Assembly (NCBI RefSeq): GCF_009914755.1
Contig: NC_060944.1
Length of the DNA stretch: 64,000 nt
Direction: 5' to 3' (one strand)
From: the human T2T-CHM13v2.0 reference genome, Homo sapiens
Shown here: positions 57,401 through 64,000 of the stretch, piece by piece
How positions within the stretch are numbered: position 1 is the first letter of the stretch
Layout of the letters: each line of letters begins with the position of its first letter
Program-made: the position numbers and the translations under genes
Notes under the pieces: model-generated
Database searches by the model: none
What the model saw: the letters and a program-made list of their open reading frames with translations, nothing else
What the model was told of the DNA's origin: nothing

Positions 57401-60400
57401 CTGAGAGGAATGGAATGGAATGCAATGGAATGGAATGGAATGGAATGGAATGGAATGGAATGGAATGGAAGGGAATGGAGTGGAATGGAATGGGATGGAA
57501 TGCAATGAACCCTAGTGGAATGGAATGGAATGGAATGGAATGGAAGGGAAGGGAATCGAATGGAATGGAACGGAATCAAGCCGAGTGGAATGGAATGGAA
57601 TGGAATAGAATCAACCTGAGTGGAATGGAATGGAATGCAATGAAGTGGTATGAAATGTTTGGAATGGAATGGAATGGACTCAAAACGAGTGGAATGGAAT
57701 GGAATGGAAATGAATGGAATGGAATGGAATGGAAACAACCCGAGTGGAATGGAATGGAATGCAATAGAATGGTATGGAATGGAACGGAATAGAATGGAAT
57801 AGAATGGAATCAAAACGAGTGTAATGGAATGGAATGGAATGGAATGGATTGGAAACAAACCGAGTGGAATGGAATGCAATGGAATGGAATGGAATGGAAT
57901 GCAATGGCATGGAATGGAATGGAATGAAATGGAATGGAATGGCATGGAATGGAATGGAATGGAATGGAATGGAATGGAATGGAATGGATTGGAATGCGTT
58001 GGAATGGAATCGAATGGAATCAACTGGAATGGAAGGGAATGGAATGGAATGGAATCAGTTAGATTGGAATGGCATGGAATGGAATGGAATGCAATGCAAT
58101 GTAATGGAATGGAATCAACCCGTGTGGAATGTAGTGCAAAGGAATGGAATGGAATGGAATCAACCAAAGTGGAATGGAACGGAATGGAATAGAATGGAAG
58201 GGAATGGAATGGAATGCAATGGAGTCAACCCAAATGGAATCGAATGGAATGAAATGCAATGGAATGGAATGAAATGGAATCGAATGGAATGGAATGAAAT
58301 GGAATGGAATGCAATGGAATGAAATGAGTTAGGATGGAATGGAATTAAAACGAGTGGAGTGGAATGGAATGGAATGGAATGGAATGGAATAAATTAGAAT
58401 GGAATGGAAAGCAATACCATGGAACGGAATCAACCCCTGTGGAATGGAATAGAATGGAATGGAATGGAATGGAATGGAATGGCATGGAAAGCAATTGAAT
58501 GGAATGGAATCAACCAGAGTGCAATGGAGTGGAATGGAATGGAATGGAATGGAATCAACCCGAGTGAAATGGAATGGAAAGTTACGGAATGGAATGGAAT
58601 GGAATGGAATAGAATGGAATGCAATGTTATGGAATTAACCCGAGTAGAATGGCATGGAATGGAATGGAATGGAATGGAATGCAATGGAATGGAATGGAAT
58701 GGAATGGAATGCATTTCAATGGAATGGAATGGAATGGAATGGAATGTAGTCAACGCGAGTGGAATGGATTGGAATGGAATGGAAGGGAATGGAATGGAAT
58801 GGAATCATCCCGAGTGGAATGGATTGGAGTGGAATGGAATGGAATGGCTAGGAACGGAATGGAATGGAGTGGAATGGAATGGAGTGGAATAGAATGGAAT
58901 TCAATGGATAGGTATGGAAGGGAATCAAGTGGAATGGAATGGCATGGAAGAGAATGGAAGGAATGGAAAGGAATCAAGCCGAGTGGAATCGAAAGGAATG
59001 GAATGGAATTGAATGGAATGGAACGGAATTGACAAAACCCGATTGGAATGCAATGGAATGGAACGGAATGAAATGGAATGGAAAGGAATGGAATGGAATC
59101 CAAGCGATGGGAAAGGAATGCAATGGAATGAAATGGAATGGAATCCACCCGAGTGAAATGGAATGGAATGGAATGGAGTGGAATCAACCCAAGTGGAATG
59201 GAATCAAATTGAATGGAATGGATTGGAATGGAATGGAATGGAATTACCCCGAGTGAAATGGCATGGAAAGGAACGGAATAGAATTTAATGGAATAGAATG
59301 GAATGGAATGGAATCAACCCGAGTGGAATTGAATGGAATGAAATGGAATGCAATGTAATGGAATGGAACCAATAAGAGTGGAATGGATTGGAATGGAATG
59401 GAATGGAATGAAAGGGAATGGAAAAAACCTGAGTGGAATGGAATGGAATGGAATGAAATGGAATGGAATGGAATGGAATGGAAAAGAATGGAATGGAATA
59501 GAATACACCAGAGTGGAATGGAATAGAATGGAATGGAATGGACTGGAATCAACCCCAGTGGAATGGAATGGAATGGAATGGAATGGAATGGAATGGAATG
59601 GAATGGAATGGAATGGAATGGATTGGAATCAAACCGAGTGGAATGGAATGGAATGCAATGGAATGGAATGGAATGGAATGGAATGGGATGGAATGGAATC
59701 AAACCGAGTGGAGTGGAATGGAATTGAATGGAATAGAATGGAGTAAATTGGAATGGAAAGGAATGGAATGGAATGAAATGGAATGGAATGGAATAGAATC
59801 AACCACAATGGAATGGAATTGAATGGAATGGAATGGAATGGAATGGAATGGAATGGAATGGAATGGAATCAACCCCAGTGGAATGGAATTTAATTGAATG
59901 GAATGGAATGGAATGAACCCGAGTGGAATGGAATGGAATGGAATTGAATGGAATTAACCCCAGTGAAATGGAATGGAAAGGAACGGAATGGAATTTAAAG
60001 GAATGGAATGGAATGCAATGGAATGGAATCAACTTGAGTGGAATGGAATGAAATGGAATGCAATGGAAAGCAATGGAATTGAATGGAATCAACCAGAGTT
60101 GAATGGAATTGAATGGAATGGAATGGAAGGTAATCAACCCAAATGGAATGGAATGGAATTGAATTGAATGCAATTACCCCGAGTGAAATGGCATGGAAAG
60201 GAAAGGAATAGAATTTAATGGAATGGAATGCAATGGAATGGAATCAACCCGAGTGGAATGGAATGGAATGGAGTGGAATGGAATGCAACGGAATGGAACC
60301 AATAAGAGTGGAATGGATTGGAAAGGAATAGAATGGAATGAAAGGGAATGGAATCAACCCGAGTGGAATGGAATGGAATGGATTGGAGTGGAATGGAATA

Positions 60401-63400
60401 CACCAGAGTGGAATGGAATAGAATGGAATGAAATGGTGTGGAATCAACCCCAGTGGAATGCAATGGAATGGAATGGAATGAAATGGAATGGAATGGAATC
60501 GAATGGATTGGAATCAAACGGAGAGAATGGAATGGAATGGAATGGAATGGAATGGAATGGAATGGAATAGAATGGAATGGAATGGAAAGGAATGGAATGG
60601 AATGAAATCAACCCGAGTGCAATGGAATGGAATAGAATGGGATGGATCTGAATAGAATGGATTGGATTGGAATCAATCTGAGTGGAATGGAATGGAATGG
60701 AATTGAAGAGAATGAAATGGAATGGAATAGAATGGAATGGAATGGAATGGAATGGAAAGGAATGCAAGGACATGGAATGGAATGGAGTCAACTGGAATGG
60801 AATGGAATAGAATGGATTAGAATGGAATCAACACTAGTGGAATGAAATGGAAAGGAAAGTAATGGAAAGGAATGGAATGGAAAGGAACTGAATGTAATGT
60901 AATAGAATGGAGTGGAATGGAATCAATGTGAGTGTAAAGGAATAGAATGGAACGGAATGGAATGGAATGGAATGGAATGGAATGGAATGGAATCAACGCG
61001 ATTGTAATGGAATGGAAAGGAATGGAGTAAATAGAATGGAATTGATTTGAATAGAATGGAATCAACTGGAATGGAATGAAATGGAATGGAATCGAATGCC
61101 ATGGAATGGAATGCAATGGAATCAACAAGAATGGAAAGGAATGGAATCGAATGGAATGGAATGCAGTTAAGGCAAACCGAGTGGAATGGAATGGAATGGA
61201 ATGGAATCGAATGGAATGGAATCAACCCGAGTGGAATGGAATGGAATGCAATGGAATGGAAGGGAATGAAATGGAATAGAATAGAAAGGAATGGAATGGA
61301 ATGGAATGGAATGGAATGGAATGGAATGGAATGGAATGGAATGGAAGTGAATAGAGTGGAATGGAATGGAATGGAATGGAATGGAATGGAGTGGAATGGA
61401 ATGTAATCAATACAAGTGAAATTAAATGGAATAGAATGGAATGGAATGGAGTGGAATGGAACGGAATTGATATGAATGGAATGGAATCTACCAGAGTTGA
61501 ATGGAATGGAATGGAATGGAATGGAATGGAATGGAATGGAATGGAATCAACCCAAGTGGAATGGAATGCAATGGATTTGAATGGAATTACCCCGAGAGAA
61601 ATGGAATGGAAAGGAACGGAATAGAATTTAATGGAATGGAATGGAATGGAATCAACCCAAGTGGAATGGAATGGATTGGAATGGAATGGAATGGAATCCA
61701 CCAGAGGGGAACGGAATGGAATGGAATGGAATGGAATGGAATGGAATGGAATGGAATGGAATGGAATGGAGTGGAATCAACCTAAGTGGAATGGAATGGA
61801 ATGGAATGGAATGGAATGGAATGGAATGGTATGGAATGGAATGGAATGGAATGGAATTTAATGGATTGGAATCAAACCGAGTGGAATGGAATGGAATGGA
61901 ATGGAATGGCATGGCATGGAATAGAATGGAATGGAGTGGAATACAATCAATCTGAGTGGAATGGAAAGGAATGGAAAGGAATGGAATTGAATGGAATGGA
62001 TTGGAATGGAATAGAATAGAGTCAACCAGAGTGGAATGGAGTGGAATGGACCGGAATGGAATGGAATGGAATAAACCCGATTAGAATGCAATGGAAGGGA
62101 ATATAATCGAATGGAATGGAATGGCATTGAATGGGATCAACACCAGTGGAATGGAGTAGAATGGAATGGATTGGAATGGAATGGAATCCACCCGAGAGGA
62201 ATGTATTGCAAAGGAATGGAATGGAGTGGAATCAACCTGAGTCGAATGGAATGTTATGGAATGAAATGGAATGGAATGGAATGGTATGGAATGGAATGAA
62301 ATGGAATGGAATGGAAAGGAAAGGAATGCCATAGAATCAAAACGAGTGGAATGGAATGGAATGGAAAGGAATGGAATGGAATTCATTAGAATCAACCCGA
62401 GTGGAATGGAATGGAAAGGAATTGAATGGAATAGAATGGAATGGAATCCAATCAAGTGTAAAGGAATGGAATGGAATGGAATGGAATGGAAAGGAATGGA
62501 ATGGAATGGAATGGAATGTACAGGAATGGAATAAATCCGATTGGAATGGAATGGAATGCAATGTAATATGATGGAAAGGAATGGAATACACCCGAATGGA
62601 ATGACAAGGAATGGAATGTAATGGAATGGTATGGATTGGAATGGAATCAACACAAGTGGAATGGAAAGGAATGGAATGGAATGGAATGGAATCGAATGGA
62701 ATGGAATGGAATTGATTGGAATCAACCCGCGTAGAATGCAGAGGATTCGAATAGAAAGGAATGAACCCGAGAGGAATGGAACGGAATGGAAAGGAAGGGA
62801 ACGGAATGGAATGGAGTGGAATGGAATGGGATGGAACGGAATGAACTGTAGTGGAATGCAACGGAATGGAAAGGAATGGAATAGAATGGAATGGAATGGA
62901 ATGGAATGGAATGGAATGGAATGGAATGCAATGGAATGGAATGAAATGAAATGGAACGGAATCAACCCGAGTGGAATGGAATGGAATGGAATGGAATCAA
63001 ACTGAGAGGAATGGAATGGAATGCAATGAAATGGTATGGAATTGTTGGAATGGAATGGAATGGACTCAAAACGAGTGGAATGGAATGGAATGGAAATCAA
63101 TGGAATGGATTGGAATGGAAACAACCCGAGTGGAATGGAATGGAATGCAATGGAATGGTATGGAATGGTATGGAATGGAATGGAATGGAATGGAATGGAA
63201 TGGAATGGAATGGAATCAAAACGAATGGAATGGAATGGAATGGAACGGAATGGAATAGATTGGAATCCAACCGAGTGGAATATAATGTAATGGAATGGTA
63301 TGGAATGCAATGGCATAGCATGGAATGCAATGGAATAGAGTGCAATGGAATGAAATGGAATGGAATTGAATGGAATGGATTCGAATGCGTTCAAATGGAA

Positions 63401-64000
63401 TCGAATGGAATCAAGTGGAATGGAAAGGAATGGAATGGAATGGAATCAATTAGATTGGAATGGAATGGAATGGAATGGATTGCAATGGAATGTAATGGAA
63501 AGGAATCAACCCGTGTGGAATGTAATGGAAAGGAATGCAATGGAATGGAATCAAGAAAAGTGGAATGGAAGGGAATGGAAAATAATGGAAGGGAAAGGAA
63601 TGGAATGCAATGGAGTCAACCGAAATTGAATCGAATTGAATGGAATACAATGGAATAGAATGAAATGGAACGGAATCGTATGGAATGGGATGGGATGGAA
63701 TGGAATTACACCGAGTGGAGCGGAATGGAATTGAATGGAATGGAATGGAATAAATTGGAATGGAATGGAATGGAATGCAATGGAATGGAATCAACCCGTG
63801 TGGAATGGAATGGAATGGAATGGAGTGGAAAGCAATTGAAAGGAATGCAATCAACCCGTGTGGAATGGAATGGAATGGAATGGAATGGAGTGGAAAGCAA
63901 TTGAATGGAATGGAATCAACCAGACTAGAATGGAATTGAATAGAATGGAATGGAATGGAATCAACCCGAGTGCAATGGAATGGAATGGAAACAACCCGAG
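54411..64000 (+). repeat. Higher-order unit B2 (partial), copy of B1
   Basis: Offset ~30.86-30.91 kb from B1 (58404..58892 = 27531..28019; 62951..63658 = 32088..32795). The window ends at the equivalent of ~33137. Confidence 0.88.

Larger units (their letters stand above)
1..64000 (+). repeat. Satellite III (HSat3-type) array, (GGAAT)n with interspersed CAACCCGAGT-type decamers; G-rich strand is +
   Basis: GGAAT pentamer with single-base variants (GCAAT, GAAAT, GGATT, GGAAA, AGAAT, TGAAT) throughout. CAAC(C/A)CGAGT-like decamers occur every few tens to ~150 bp, which is the established HSat3 signature rather than HSat2 (CATTCGATTC-rich). No inversion was seen. Species, subfamily and chromosome cannot be fixed by eye. 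Confidence 0.97.

Noticed and set aside
1-64000. Hundreds of ORFs encoding MEWNG- or IPFHS-repeat proteins, up to 437 aa (62081..63394) and 423 aa (26023..27294)
   Set aside because: Pure (GGAAT)n has no stop codon in any of the six frames and has an ATG every 15 bp per + frame. The ORFs overlap in all frames, and their ends shift with pentamer slippage between copies.
1-64000. CRISPR-like repeat/spacer appearance of the CAACCCGAGT decamers
   Set aside because: The intervening sequence is variable-length GGAAT rather than unique spacers. The decamer is short and degenerate, and there are no cas genes.
1-64000. Assignment to DYZ1, D15Z1, the chr9 array or another named subfamily/chromosome
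   Set aside because: This needs k-mer classification or mapping. No dominant 3.6 kb or 1.8 kb period is present, and the species is not determinable by eye.
1-64000. Alu/L1 insertions, telomeric repeats or strand inversions
   Set aside because: No non-satellite stretch, poly(A) tail, TTAGGG run or ATTCC-oriented block was seen.

Overview
The whole 64 kb window is one uninterrupted, single-orientation array of Satellite III-type DNA (HSat3; human or other hominoid). It consists of degenerate (GGAAT)n runs punctuated by the CAACCCGAGT-type decamer. I see no gene, RNA gene, transposon or unique sequence, and all predicted ORFs (MEWNG.../IPFHS...) are translation artefacts of the pentamer. The informative content is a nested higher-order structure readable from rare variant words. 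Using CCCGA(C/T)TGGACTGG as a landmark (596, 11202, 21719, 23528, 35530, 46097, 47891, 54411), the order is A(10.6 kb)-A(10.5 kb)-S(1.8 kb)-B(12.0 kb) | A(10.6 kb)-S(1.8 kb)-A/S fusion(6.5 kb)-B(truncated by the window end). This amounts to two copies of a ~35/~31 kb super-repeat that differ by a 1.8 kb and a 5.8 kb indel. I found no evidence for a new protein- or RNA-coding system. The best leads are the repeat architecture, its recombination junctions, and a recurring AT-rich palindrome with AATAAA on both strands. Coordinates were read by eye, and unit boundaries are approximate.
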